The position numbers and the translations under genes are program-made. From the NCBI GenBank assembly GCA_023436075.1, contig JAEZKS010000243.1, positions 1 to 37,323 on the forward strand: a DNA stretch of 37,323 nucleotides, written 5' to 3'. Shown here piece by piece: positions 26,750 through 36,188 of this stretch. The notes under the pieces are model-generated. The model was not told the origin of the DNA, did no database searches, and worked only from the letters and a program-made list of their open reading frames with translations. The DNA comes from Methanobacteriota archaeon. Lineage in GTDB: Archaea; Halobacteriota; Methanocellia; Methanocellales; Methanocellaceae. Position 1 is the first letter of the stretch. Every line of letters begins with the position of its first letter.

Positions 26750-27558
26750 TTCCCCTGTACCACGGCAGCTCCGAATGGCTGTAGCATATGATCGATCTCG
26801 TCCCTCGTCGGATAGTTGATCAGGACCGCCCTTCGCCGGCCATGGAACACGAAAAAGCTGCCGGCCGCTACTGCCGATGCGCCGGCACGGATAGCTTCGC
26901 TGAAGTGATCGAGGCTGCCGGCCCCACCGCAGGCGATGGCCGGGATGCCGACCGCAGAAGAGACTGATCGGATCAGCTTGAGGTCGTAGCCCTGCATGGT
27001 GCCGTCCTGGTCGATGGAGTTGATGAAAATCTCGCCAGCGCCCATCGATTCCATGCGCTTCGCGTGGGCTACCGGGTCGATGCCTGCAGGCATGGCGCCG
27101 CCGTGAGTATAGACCTCATAGCGGCCGTCAGGCAGTCGCTTTGCGTCGATGGAGACGACTATGCTCTGATTGCCGAACACGTCCGAGGCCTTTTTGATGA
27201 ACAGTGGGTCCTCGACCGCATGCGTGTTGATCACGACCTTCTCGACACCAGCCCCAAGCAGGTCCCTGACTTCCTCGACAGATTTGATCCCGCCGCCATA
27301 GGCCAGCGGCATGAAGCACTCGTCCGATAGCTTGCCGATCAGGTCGACACGGGGCCTCCCGCCGCCACGCGGCGCGAAGAGGCCTTTCTTCCGGGAGGCC
27401 ATGATGTCGAGAAAGACCAGCTCGTCGGCTTCAGTCCTGTTGAAAATACGGACCGCGTTGATCGGGTCTCCCACGTAGGTCGGGCTCTTGAACTGGATTG
27501 TCTTCACCAGGCCATCGCCCTGCATCAGCAGGCATGGTATGACCCTATTGTGCAACAT
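26746..27558 (-). CDS. hisF: HisF-like cyclase subunit of glycan acetamidino-transfer module (AglZ/WbuZ/HisF2 type)
   Basis: RVIPCLL..LVKT.QF...YVGDPINAVRIFN..ADEL.FLDI, ECFMPLAYGGGI, SIDQDGT, and C-terminal AAGSFFVFHG..RAVLINYP of the glycan-associated paralog. Start trimmed to MLHNRV at 27558. Confidence 0.9.
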   Translation of the reverse strand: MLHNRVIPCLLMQGDGLVKTIQFKSPTYVGDPINAVRIFNRTEADELVFLDIMASRKKGLFAPRGGGRPRVDLIGKLSDECFMPLAYGGGIKSVEEVRDLLGAGVEKVVINTHAVEDPLFIKKASDVFGNQSIVVSIDAKRLPDGRYEVYTHGGAMPAGIDPVAHAKRMESMGAGEIFINSIDQDGTMQGYDLKLIRSVSSAVGIPAIACGGAGSLDHFSEAIRAGASAVAAGSFFVFHGRRRAVLINYPTRDEIDHMLQPFGAAVVQGK

Positions 27559-28177
27559 CGATATGCCCCCTTGCAAAATTTTCCAGCAATCTGACGCCAT
27601 GGTAGTGACTCTTCTCAGGGTGGATCTGCGCGCCTATGATGTTGCCCCGCTGGACCATGGAGGCGAATTCGAGGCCGTAGCTGGTAGTCGCCAGCACGTC
27701 TGACGGGTCGCTGCACCTGACGTGGTAGGAATGGACAAAATAGAAGTTTGCGTTCAGATCGATGCCGTCCAGGTACGGAGACGGCTTGCGGACGGCTATG
27801 GAGTTCCAGCCCATGTGCGGTATCTTCAGGCCGTTGCCGTTGCCGCCAAAGTCGAACCGCACGGTACGCGCATCGATCCATCCCAGGCCGTCTGCGAAAC
27901 CCTCTTCGCTAAACTTCGAGAAGAGCTGCATGCCCAGGCAGATACCCAGTATCGGCGTCCTGTCGGCCATCACTTTCTTGTTGAGGACAGGGATCAGGCC
28001 CAGGCGCTTCAGGTTCGCCATGGCGGCGTCGAACGCGCCGACGCCAGGGAGGATTAGGCGGTCGGCGTGTTCGATGTCGTCAGGCTTAGAAGAAATAATC
28101 ACGCTTTCGTCCAGTCGCTCGATCTTATTCTGGATGGACCTGAGATTGCCCATGCCGTAGTCAACGATGACGATCAT
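27545..28177 (-). CDS. hisH: HisH-like class I glutamine amidotransferase (AglY/WbuY type)
   Basis: DYGMGNL, LILPGVGAF, LGICLGMQL, PHMGWN, YFVHSY and HPEKS triad. Located in the glycan locus. Confidence 0.92.
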   Translation of the reverse strand: MIVIVDYGMGNLRSIQNKIERLDESVIISSKPDDIEHADRLILPGVGAFDAAMANLKRLGLIPVLNKKVMADRTPILGICLGMQLFSKFSEEGFADGLGWIDARTVRFDFGGNGNGLKIPHMGWNSIAVRKPSPYLDGIDLNANFYFVHSYHVRCSDPSDVLATTSYGLEFASMVQRGNIIGAQIHPEKSHYHGVRLLENFARGHIDVAQ

Positions 28178-28183
28178 GGCAGG

Positions 28184-29326
28184 TCATCCCAGGTATTTCT
28201 GATAGAAGATCATTGGCAACAGGCCCATGTTACACGACAGCCTGATCGGCAGTTTCATGGCCCGGATCACCGGGTAGTATGTCGAATAATCGTGGAACGT
28301 TTTAGGCGGGGCGGCCATAATCTCATCGAACTCCGCCTGTGGCAGGCCCAATTTGCTGACCGTATACTTGACGACATCTTTATCGAACGGGTATGGCTTC
28401 TCAGTATCGGCCAGCGCCGCTTCCCGAGTCATCTGGCCCGATCGGATGAGCGCCGAGTACTCGATCTTCCGCTTGTCGATGCCGAACTTCTTCGGCAGCA
28501 GGTAGGACTGGAAGAAGTGGGTGTATACGTTCTCGTGGTGATGGCCGCCGTAGTACTGCCATCCCAGTTCCCGTCCCATGATCTCGCCGGCCTGCTTCTG
28601 ATCGTACTCGATGTACTTGAGCATGTTGACGAAGGTGATCCGCCTGGCGGCCGTGTAGTAGATCAGGTCGGCCATGGACATGATCGGGAAACTACGTATC
28701 CGCATGCGGCCGAACTTCTTGTGCACGCTGCGTACGTAGCGGCCGTCCATGTACGTCCAGCCGAGCGGCACGATGCCTTCGGTCCGGAACGAGTGGCCGT
28801 TCAGGATGTACCTGGTGCCGGCATGGGCGGCCTCCTTGTAGAGCACTGACAGGATCGCGTAGTCCGTAGGGATCTCTGCATCGGAAACCGATGCATGCAG
28901 GAATGCCTTTTGCAGGTCTTTGAACTCTTCCCAGTCAGCGACCACCGTGTGCAGGTCGACGTTCAGCTTCGTCGTCGCTTTCTTGATGTTGCTCACGGCG
29001 ATCTCCGAGTTCCAGCCGTTGTCGAAGTGCACGGCCAGCGGCCGCAGCCCGAGCCTGACGGCGTTGTACAGGACGTAAGTGCTGTCTCGTCCCCCGCTCA
29101 CGCCTACCACGCAGTCGTATTCTTTGCGCCGGCCCTCGCGCTTGATCTGTTCGACGAGCTTCTCGAACCGGGCCCGGTTCTTCTCGTCGAGCTGGCTGTC
29201 TGCCTCCAGCGCGTCCTGTATCTTACAGAAGTTACACACGCCGTCGGCATCAAACCGAATGTTCGGTATCGTCGTATCGGAAATGCATCTCGTGCATATC
29301 TGCCTTTTTTCTGACATTTGAGTCAT
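28184..29326 (-). CDS. N-acetyl sugar amidotransferase (WbuX/AglX/WbpG/PseA family, PP-loop ATPase)
   Basis: CTRC..CNFC metal motif, YDCVVGVSGGRDS PP-loop, LRPLAVHFDNGWNSE, YGGHHHEN and SALIRSGQMTREAA. GGAGGAG RBS. Confidence 0.92.
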   Translation of the reverse strand: MTQMSEKRQICTRCISDTTIPNIRFDADGVCNFCKIQDALEADSQLDEKNRARFEKLVEQIKREGRRKEYDCVVGVSGGRDSTYVLYNAVRLGLRPLAVHFDNGWNSEIAVSNIKKATTKLNVDLHTVVADWEEFKDLQKAFLHASVSDAEIPTDYAILSVLYKEAAHAGTRYILNGHSFRTEGIVPLGWTYMDGRYVRSVHKKFGRMRIRSFPIMSMADLIYYTAARRITFVNMLKYIEYDQKQAGEIMGRELGWQYYGGHHHENVYTHFFQSYLLPKKFGIDKRKIEYSALIRSGQMTREAALADTEKPYPFDKDVVKYTVSKLGLPQAEFDEIMAAPPKTFHDYSTYYPVIRAMKLPIRLSCNMGLLPMIFYQKYLG

Positions 29327-29388
29327 CTCCTCCCATCGTTTTCACAGTAATCATTCGTGCCCTTGCGGGCTCGTCATCATAGCTATCA

Positions 29389-30939
29389 TTAATGCCGGCC
29401 GACCCGGCCCTGGCGATCGGCCTCATGGTCAAAGACCATGGCCGTGAACAGGAACTGCAGGCCGGCGAGCCCTGTGATCGCCGCGAGTAGCCCCAGCGGC
29501 ACCGCGATGCCCGATGCAAAGGGCAGGAGCGCCAGGGCGACGATTCCGGCAAGCAGTCCCAGCGGCACCAGCGCCATGCTGCTGTAGTAGAACAGCACCA
29601 GCGGGTGGAAGTCGAGGGTCATGTACTTCACCTTGAGGCGCCGCAGGAACGACCTGAACAGCATGGGCGAGACTCTTTTAATGAAACGCCCGTACCTGAT
29701 CTTCGATTTCTCTTGCCCGTACCGGGCCGGTATCGGCACGTCTACGGTACGTAAGCCGAAGGTGTTCAGCTTCACCAGCAGGTCGTTGCAGTACCCGTAG
29801 TACGTGTAGATCGAATCCAGGTCGAGCAGCTCGAGCGCTCGCCGCGAGATCACGGTGTAGCCGTTCTGCGGGTCGCTAATCTGCCAGTAGCCGCTGGCGA
29901 TCTTGTTCAGCATAGTCAACATGGTGTTGCCGAACTGACGCCATGAGCTCATGCCCTTTCGGAAGTCCCTGTTGAGCAGCCTGTTTCCCTTCGCGTAATC
30001 GGCTTTGCCCTCGATCACAGGCATCAGCAGCTTCGGGAGCTCCGCGGGGTCCATCTGGTTGTCGCCGGCCATCACGGCCACGAGATCCATGCCGTCACGG
30101 AGAGCCATCCGGTAGCCGTCAAGGATTGAGGCGCCAACGCCCCCGTTGGCCTCGTGCCGTAGCGAGACCACCCGCGGGTCTTTCAGTCCTTTGATGACCT
30201 CGGATGTCCTGTCTGTGCTACAGTCGTCGATCACATAGATCTTGTTCACGTAGGCCGGGATGCCTTCGACCGTCGGCCCGAGAAGCCATTCCTCATTGTA
30301 GGCCGGAACGACCACGCCGATGCGATACTCCTGGAAGAGCGTGTCGTTTCGCCGGCTGTCGCCTGTGAACCGGACTTTCATGCCGGCTGCGTTCGCGAAA
30401 CGGGCCATCTCCGGGCCGAGGCTCTCGCTCTCGCGGACCCTCATTTTCCGCGCCGCCTGCCCTGACAGCGCGACGAAGCCCGGACTTGCCCTGGAAGGCC
30501 GCTTGTTGTTGAGGAGCATCACACACTCGTCAAGGCTGCAGGCCTCATGGGTTTCCGCGATGGCCGCATCGTATCCTTCGCGGATGCCTAAGAAAAGCTC
30601 GGGAAGCAGGTAAGGATCGTGGGAGCCATCGCCATGCATGGCAGCGACAGGACTGTAGCTCGCAAAGATGTTGTCGAGGCTACGATCGCTGCCAGGAGAG
30701 ATGACCTCGGCTCCCAGCGAACGTGCCAGTCCGGCGACGCGCGGATCTTTTTGATCTATCGCAACGAATACCTCATCGGCGAAGTTCCGGGCCACGGTGA
30801 TCAGTGTGCCAAGCATAAGGTAGCTCACCTGGCCGTATATGATGACCGCGCTGCGGACCTGAAATTCCCTTCCCGGACCCATTTCCACGAATGGTTCTCG
30901 GGACGGCAGCGATCTGGATACGGGAAGTACGGTGCTCAT
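29389..30939 (-). CDS. Family 2 glycosyltransferase (Dol-P-sugar synthase-like) with degenerate N-terminal GT2 domain and two C-terminal TM helices
   Basis: VVVPAYNEE, VIDDCSTD, NGGVGA, MAGDNQMDP, KGNR and DPQNGY in the C-terminal half. Confidence 0.9.
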   Translation of the reverse strand: MSTVLPVSRSLPSREPFVEMGPGREFQVRSAVIIYGQVSYLMLGTLITVARNFADEVFVAIDQKDPRVAGLARSLGAEVISPGSDRSLDNIFASYSPVAAMHGDGSHDPYLLPELFLGIREGYDAAIAETHEACSLDECVMLLNNKRPSRASPGFVALSGQAARKMRVRESESLGPEMARFANAAGMKVRFTGDSRRNDTLFQEYRIGVVVPAYNEEWLLGPTVEGIPAYVNKIYVIDDCSTDRTSEVIKGLKDPRVVSLRHEANGGVGASILDGYRMALRDGMDLVAVMAGDNQMDPAELPKLLMPVIEGKADYAKGNRLLNRDFRKGMSSWRQFGNTMLTMLNKIASGYWQISDPQNGYTVISRRALELLDLDSIYTYYGYCNDLLVKLNTFGLRTVDVPIPARYGQEKSKIRYGRFIKRVSPMLFRSFLRRLKVKYMTLDFHPLVLFYYSSMALVPLGLLAGIVALALLPFASGIAVPLGLLAAITGLAGLQFLFTAMVFDHEADRQGRVGRH

Positions 30940-30955
30940 CGGACTGTCACCGGCC

Positions 30956-31939
30956 TCATACGATCGCCCGCTGCGTCTGCCCGATCTTCGGGTGGACGTA
31001 GGAACTGGGAGAGACTTTCACCATCGATCGGCTCTTGTAGGACTCGATGGCGGCTATGGCCACGTTCAGCGCGTGAATGCCGTCTTCGCCCGGCGTCACC
31101 GGAGTGCTGCGGCAGCGGCAGGCGTTGATGAAGCTCTCGATCTCGCAGGCAAGCGGCTCCTTCTTCTCGATCTTGACGTCGCTGACCATTTCCTTGTCGT
31201 GGATAGTAACACTCTGCTCGATGTAGTCGCCGTAGCCGACGCCCTCGGTGCCGATGACTACGAACTTCCGGGTCTTGTGCGGCGTCAGCCAGTTCGTTTC
31301 CACCACGCCGGCCCGGTCCCCGGCAAAGCGCAGGAGGATCGAAGCGTGGTCTTCCAGAGCGTGAATCTCCTTGCCGGCAATGGCATAGACCTCGGTGACG
31401 CAACTGTGATACAGATAAGAGATGATGTCGATGTCGTGGACGCCGATGTCCAGGATGACGCCCACGTCGCGGATCCTCGGGTTATATGGCCCGACGCGGC
31501 TGGTCGAGATGGAGACGACCTTGCCGAGCTTGCCCGAGTCGATGATCTGCTTCATGTTCGTGACTGCCGGGTTGAACCGTTCGATGTGCCCGATCATCAG
31601 CGTCACTCCGGCTTCCTCCGCCGCAGAGGCGATCGCCTCTGCATTGTCGAGGGTATCCGCGATCGGCTTCTCGACGAGCATGCTGGCCCCTGCGCCGGCG
31701 ATATCCGTAGCGACTCTTCGGTGCAACGTCGTGGGCACCACCACGCTGACCGCGTCGAGGTTCAGCTTGAGCATCTCGTGGTAGTCCGTGAAGCCGCGGG
31801 TATTGTACTGCCTGGACAGCGCATCTACCCGGGCACGATCCACGTCGGCGATTCCCGCCAGCTCCACGCCCTTCATCCGGGCGTATGTCCGTATGTGGTT
31901 TTCGCCCATAGCGCCCGCGCCTATGACGCCTACCCGCAT
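30956..31939 (-). CDS. Gfo/Idh/MocA oxidoreductase, probable UDP-GlcNAc(A) 3-dehydrogenase (WbpB/GnnA-like)
   Basis: GVIGAGAMG, LVEKPIA, GHIERFNPA and DVGVILDIGVHDID. Adjacent to the DegT aminotransferase. Confidence 0.9.
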   Translation of the reverse strand: MRVGVIGAGAMGENHIRTYARMKGVELAGIADVDRARVDALSRQYNTRGFTDYHEMLKLNLDAVSVVVPTTLHRRVATDIAGAGASMLVEKPIADTLDNAEAIASAAEEAGVTLMIGHIERFNPAVTNMKQIIDSGKLGKVVSISTSRVGPYNPRIRDVGVILDIGVHDIDIISYLYHSCVTEVYAIAGKEIHALEDHASILLRFAGDRAGVVETNWLTPHKTRKFVVIGTEGVGYGDYIEQSVTIHDKEMVSDVKIEKKEPLACEIESFINACRCRSTPVTPGEDGIHALNVAIAAIESYKSRSMVKVSPSSYVHPKIGQTQRAIV

Positions 31940-31940
31940 C

Positions 31941-33026
31941 TCAGAGCCTCCTGAAGGTATCTGCGATGAAATCGATCTCTTCCGGGGTCACCGCAGGGTG
32001 GACCGGTAACGACACCACTTCTCGGGAGAGCCGTTCAGACACGGGGAGATGATCGTCGTATCCCAGGCTCCGGTAATAGGTCTGCTTGTGGATGGGCACC
32101 GGGTAGTACACGCCGGTGCCGATGCCTGCATCGGTCAGTTTTCTGATCACTTCGTCCCGGGACATGCCGAATCCGGGAGTGATCCGGACGGTGTACTGAT
32201 GGAACACATGCCGGCAGCCAGGGCCGATCTCTGGAGTGGCGATGCCTTCGATGCCGCTCAGCTTTTCATTGAGACGAAGGGCATTGACAATGCGCATGTC
32301 ATCGTAGCGATCGACGTTCTTGAGCTGGGCCAGGCCGATGGCAGCGCTGATGTCCGTCATACGCAGGTTGAAGCCGAGCATCTCGTGATAGTAGCGCACC
32401 TTGGAGCCATGGGAACGGATCATCCTGGCCATCTCGGCGACAGTGCTGTCGTCCGTCGTGATCATCCCGCCCTCGCTGGTGGTCATGTTCTTGGTCGGAT
32501 AGAAACTGAAGCAGCCGATGTCGAACGATCCGCACTTGTGGCCGCCGATGGCGGCGCCGTGGGCCTGGCAGGCGTCCTCGATGACCGAGAGGTGATGTTT
32601 CTCTGCGATCTCCATGATCTCGCCCATGGGCGCCGGGTGCCCGTACAGGTCGACCGGGATGATCGCTTTGGTGTGCCGGTTGATCTTCGCGCGGATCTTC
32701 GCCGGATCGATGTTGAAAGTCCGGGGCTCCACGTCCGCGAACACAGGCCTGGCGCCGGTGAACAGCACAGCGTTAGCGGTCGCGATGAATGTGAAAGGCG
32801 GAACGATGACTTCGTCTCCGGGCCCGATGTCCCGTGCGAGCAGTGCCACCAGCAGCGCGGCCGTGCCGGAATTGACGGCAACTGCATGCTTTGTTCCGAC
32901 GTAGGACGCAAACGCATCCTCGAACTCCTTTACCCGGGGGCCTTCGGCAATGGTGCCGGACTGGAGTACGTCCACCACGCCCCGGATCTCATCCTGACCT
33001 ATCAATGGTTTTGCTATAGGTATCAT
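31941..33026 (-). CDS. DegT/DnrJ/EryC1/StrS sugar aminotransferase (WbpE/GnnB-like)
   Basis: NSGTAAL, FTFIATAN, IEDACQAHGA, FSFYPTKNMTTSEGG (PLP Lys) and GFNLRMT. Confidence 0.94.
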   Translation of the reverse strand: MIPIAKPLIGQDEIRGVVDVLQSGTIAEGPRVKEFEDAFASYVGTKHAVAVNSGTAALLVALLARDIGPGDEVIVPPFTFIATANAVLFTGARPVFADVEPRTFNIDPAKIRAKINRHTKAIIPVDLYGHPAPMGEIMEIAEKHHLSVIEDACQAHGAAIGGHKCGSFDIGCFSFYPTKNMTTSEGGMITTDDSTVAEMARMIRSHGSKVRYYHEMLGFNLRMTDISAAIGLAQLKNVDRYDDMRIVNALRLNEKLSGIEGIATPEIGPGCRHVFHQYTVRITPGFGMSRDEVIRKLTDAGIGTGVYYPVPIHKQTYYRSLGYDDHLPVSERLSREVVSLPVHPAVTPEEIDFIADTFRRL

Positions 33027-33030
33027 CGTA

Positions 33031-33738
33031 TCAAATCCTGTTCAGGCTTCTCAGCGATTCGGGCAGCTCGACGACCTTCGCAGGACAGCCTATGGCAAGC
33101 CGCCAGGCCGGCACGTCCTTAGTGACCAGTGCGCCGGCTGCAACCATGGCACCCTCGCCGATCTCCACATCGGGAAGAAGCGTCGCATTGGCACCGATGC
33201 TGGCGCCCTTTCGCAACACCGGGCCCTTGAGGGCATACGGCGCACGGATCGGGTACTTGTCGTTGGCCAGCACGCAGCAGGGACCGAGGAACACGTGGTC
33301 CTCGATGACCGTGTTTGTCGGGATGTACACGTTGCTCTGGATGCTCACATGGCTGCTGATCACGCAGTTCCCGTCGATGACCGAGTTCGTCCCGACGAGC
33401 ACATTGTCCCCCAGGATTGTCTGCTCCCGCACCAGGGCGTTGTGTCCGGTCCTGAAGCTGCTGCCGGCCACCACGTCGCAATAGATCGTGGTGCCCGGAC
33501 GCAACACGGCGTTATCGCCGATAGTCACGCCCTTGAACGGATATTCCTCCGGCCCCTTTCCTGCTGCCAGCATCTCGTTCAGCACGCGGCCGCCGGGGTA
33601 TCCCAGGATGACGTTTTCCATGATCGTACAGTTCCTTCCGATCGCATTGATTCCGTAGAGCCGGCACGATGCGTGAACTCTGCTATCGCTTCGAACCAGC
33701 GGACTGCTCAGCGTTTCGATGTTTTTCAACCCCATCAT
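33031..33738 (-). CDS. Hexapeptide-repeat N-acetyltransferase (WbpD-like)
   Basis: Left-handed beta-helix repeats, [15 protein letters not shown] and [30 protein letters not shown]. Confidence 0.9.
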   Translation of the reverse strand: MMGLKNIETLSSPLVRSDSRVHASCRLYGINAIGRNCTIMENVILGYPGGRVLNEMLAAGKGPEEYPFKGVTIGDNAVLRPGTTIYCDVVAGSSFRTGHNALVREQTILGDNVLVGTNSVIDGNCVISSHVSIQSNVYIPTNTVIEDHVFLGPCCVLANDKYPIRAPYALKGPVLRKGASIGANATLLPDVEIGEGAMVAAGALVTKDVPAWRLAIGCPAKVVELPESLRSLNRI

Positions 33739-34066
33739 GTTTTTATAATATAAGATGTATATTAACTAATTAATACTTAAGCATTTCTATAATTTATGTT
33801 GAATTAATATATCATTACGAAGACGCCGGATAAACATTGATCAGCATATACGATAGCGCTGAGCACATTAGGTATTACGTTACGGAAAAATAGGTAAATA
33901 TCGCTGAAAATGTTATACTTTTTGAAACTATCGCTAATGCCACGAGACGCTTGCCTGTTTTCCGGTAATTACGTGTCAGCGGCCATGAACAGGTAGCGAT
34001 ATAGGCGCGGCCGCATGCAGAGAGCAGCCGTGAATGCCACGACGCGCCGCACTGGACTCTTGTCAT

Positions 34067-34491
34067 GGCTTTGCGTCGTTGGGACACGAAATCACGAAAA
34101 TTTCTTTTTATATGAAAGCTCTAAGGGCACGAAATCTCTATTAAAGAGCAAATTCACGAAAGCACGGCTTTTAAAGCACAAATTAGAGCCCTAAGGACAT
34201 GAAGACACCAAACGAAAACATGGTGCGACGAGTTTGTTTCTAACATGATTCGAGCCCCAATAATCTATCTATGGCCAGCGGATAGCCTTGTTAACAAAGT
34301 GTACGACAAGCCTGTATTAGTTGGTGTCTTCGAGCCATTCGCGCTTTAATTCGTGCTTTAGTAGCCGTGCTTTAGAGCATTCGATTTTTAATAGTGAATT
34401 AGTGCTCTTAGCGGTTTAACAGTGCTTTAATTCATTTCGTGATTTAACATGAAAATAAATTTCGTGATTTTGTGTCCCGCGACGCAAAGCC
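34067..34491. repeat. 425-bp foldback element, CACGAA-periodic family, MITE-like termini
   Basis: GGCTTTGCGTCGTTGGGACACGAAATCACGAAA at 34067 vs TTTCGTGATTTTGTGTCCCGCGACGCAAAGCC ending 34491. Inner arm ends GAAGACACCAA (34201-34211) / TTGGTGTCTTC (34321-34331). Internal AAAGCACGGCT/AGCCGTGCTTT. Confidence 0.9.
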
Positions 34492-34527
34492 CAAACAGGT
34501 CAAATCGCAGGAGCCCCGGGAAACCCA

Positions 34528-34540
34528 AACCTTATAACCT
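34528..34540 (+). promoter_or_regulatory. Probable TATA box of HPS-RraA gene
   Basis: CTTATAA at 34531-34537, about 30 nt upstream of ATG 34568. Confidence 0.55.
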
Positions 34541-34567
34541 TCTGCGGTTTAAGTTGTAACGAATATT

Positions 34568-35851
34568 ATGACGCCAGTCTTGCAAGTTGCCCTGGATGAA
34601 GTGGAGCTCACGCGGGCCATGCAGATCGCCAGGGAGGCGGTGGACGGCGGAGCGGACTACATCGAGGTCGGCACGCCGCTGATCAAGAGCGAGGGCATGA
34701 ACGCGGTACGGTCGCTGAAGCAGGCGTTCCCCGGCCGCGTGATCGTCGCCGACATGAAGACTATGGACACCGGCGCGGTCGAGGTAGAGATGGCTGCGAA
34801 GGCAGGTGCAGGCATCGTATCGGTCCTCGGTGCATCGTCAGACGTCACCATCGAGGATGCGCTGCGATCAGCCCGGAAATACGGCGTACGGCTCGCCGCC
34901 GACCTGATTAACGTGCCTGACGCGGCAGCTCGGGCAGCGCGGCTGCAGGAGATCGGCGTGGACATCATCGGCGTGCACGCGGGCATCGACCAGCAGATGG
35001 TCGGCCACGACCCGCTGGACGTGCTACGGACAGTCCGCCAGGCAGTGACAGTACCCGTGGCCGTGGCGGGAGGGCTGGACTCCGCAGGGGCCGCGGCAGC
35101 AGTGGCTGCAGGGGCGGATATCGTGATCGTCGGAGGCAACATCATCCGGTCGAAGGACGTGACCGCGGCTGCCAGGGCTGTCCGCGAGGCCATGGATCGC
35201 CCGTCGACGAAGGAGTCTGGAGTGAAGCGATCGCTCGACGAGGAGATCAGGAGCCTCTTCATGCAGGTCTCGACGCCGAACATCTCGGACGCCATGCACC
35301 GGCACCCGGCGCTCCGGGACATCCGGCCGGTCTACGAAGGCATCAAGATCGCCGGCAAGGCGGTCACGGTCCAAAACTTCCCGGGCGACTGGGCGCGGCC
35401 GGTGGAAGCCTCGGACGTGGCCGGGCCCGGAGAGATCATCGTCATCAATAATTTCAGCAACTACGTTGCACCCTGGGGCGAGCTGGCATCCCACGGCTGC
35501 GCGCAGAAGGGCATAGCCGGCGTGGTGATCGACGGCGCCATCAGGGATGTAGATGAGATCCGGCGCATGAAGTTCCCGGCGTTCGCGTCTGCCATCGTGC
35601 CCAACGCAGCAGAGCCGAAAGGCTTCGGCGAGATCAACGTCGAGATCACCTGCGGGGGACAGACCATCCGGCCCGGGGACTGGATCGTCGGCGACGACAA
35701 CGGCGTGATGGTCGTGCCGAAGGAGAGGGCCTATGAAGTCGCGCGGAGGGCCCTCGAAGTCAGGAAGAACGAGGAACGGGTCCGCGTCGAGATCGATCGC
35801 GGGAAGACGCTGGCGCAGGTCATGGACCTGTACAAGTGGGAGAAGCATTAG
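34568..35851 (+). CDS. hxlA: 3-hexulose-6-phosphate synthase fused to RraA/HMG-aldolase (MenG-like) domain
   Basis: LQVALD, IEVGTPLIKSEG, ADMKTMDTG, HAGIDQQ and AVAGGL (HPS). STPNISDAM, WGEL, VIDGAIRDV and PGDWIVGDDNGV (RraA-like). Confidence 0.93.
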   Translation: MTPVLQVALDEVELTRAMQIAREAVDGGADYIEVGTPLIKSEGMNAVRSLKQAFPGRVIVADMKTMDTGAVEVEMAAKAGAGIVSVLGASSDVTIEDALRSARKYGVRLAADLINVPDAAARAARLQEIGVDIIGVHAGIDQQMVGHDPLDVLRTVRQAVTVPVAVAGGLDSAGAAAAVAAGADIVIVGGNIIRSKDVTAAARAVREAMDRPSTKESGVKRSLDEEIRSLFMQVSTPNISDAMHRHPALRDIRPVYEGIKIAGKAVTVQNFPGDWARPVEASDVAGPGEIIVINNFSNYVAPWGELASHGCAQKGIAGVVIDGAIRDVDEIRRMKFPAFASAIVPNAAEPKGFGEINVEITCGGQTIRPGDWIVGDDNGVMVVPKERAYEVARRALEVRKNEERVRVEIDRGKTLAQVMDLYKWEKH

Positions 35852-35906
35852 CGTACATAGCCTAAAGAAGAGAAGCCCGGTAGCCTGAAACCGTTCAAGA
35901 ACAATA

Positions 35907-36134
35907 AAAACATCCTCCTTAGCTCTAAGCTCCTTAACTCCTTTTTTAAAAATCGTCCTCCTTAAACTCCTTCAACCTTCGAAGCTCTACCTGAACTCTC
36001 TGTCCTCCTGAGCTCTCGTTGATGAGTTCAGGAGGTTAACGGAGCTAAGGTAGAACTTTGAAGTTTAAGGAGCACAGGGAGTACGATTTTAAAAAAAAGG
36101 AACTCAAGAGCTACGGAGCTTAAGGAGACGTTTT
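35907..36134. repeat. ~228-bp foldback element, CTCC/GGAG-periodic family
   Basis: AAAACATCCTCCTTAGCTC vs GAGCTTAAGGAGACGTTTT, CCTTTTTTAAAAATCGT vs ACGATTTTAAAAAAAAGG, and CCTCCTGAGCTC vs GAGTTCAGGAGG around a small loop. Homologous to 1505-1722. Confidence 0.9.
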
Positions 36135-36188
36135 AAAAGTATTTGTTTAGAAGTGCCTGACGGTCTGAACACGAAGGCCCCAGACCTG

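Noticed and set aside
26746..28177. Histidine biosynthesis operon
   Set aside because: The hisH/hisF-like genes sit with a WbuX-type amidotransferase in a glycan locus and have paralog-type motifs. No other his genes are present.
34067..34491. Autonomous IS element
   Set aside because: No transposase ORF and no target-site duplication visible. Mobility is unproven, so it is reported as a repeat.
34478..34500. GACGCAAAGCC resembling part of the c-di-GMP-I riboswitch consensus
   Set aside because: It is the terminal inverted repeat of the foldback element (mirror copy at 34067). The other riboswitch elements (GCAAACC, GNRA-capped P2) are not evident.
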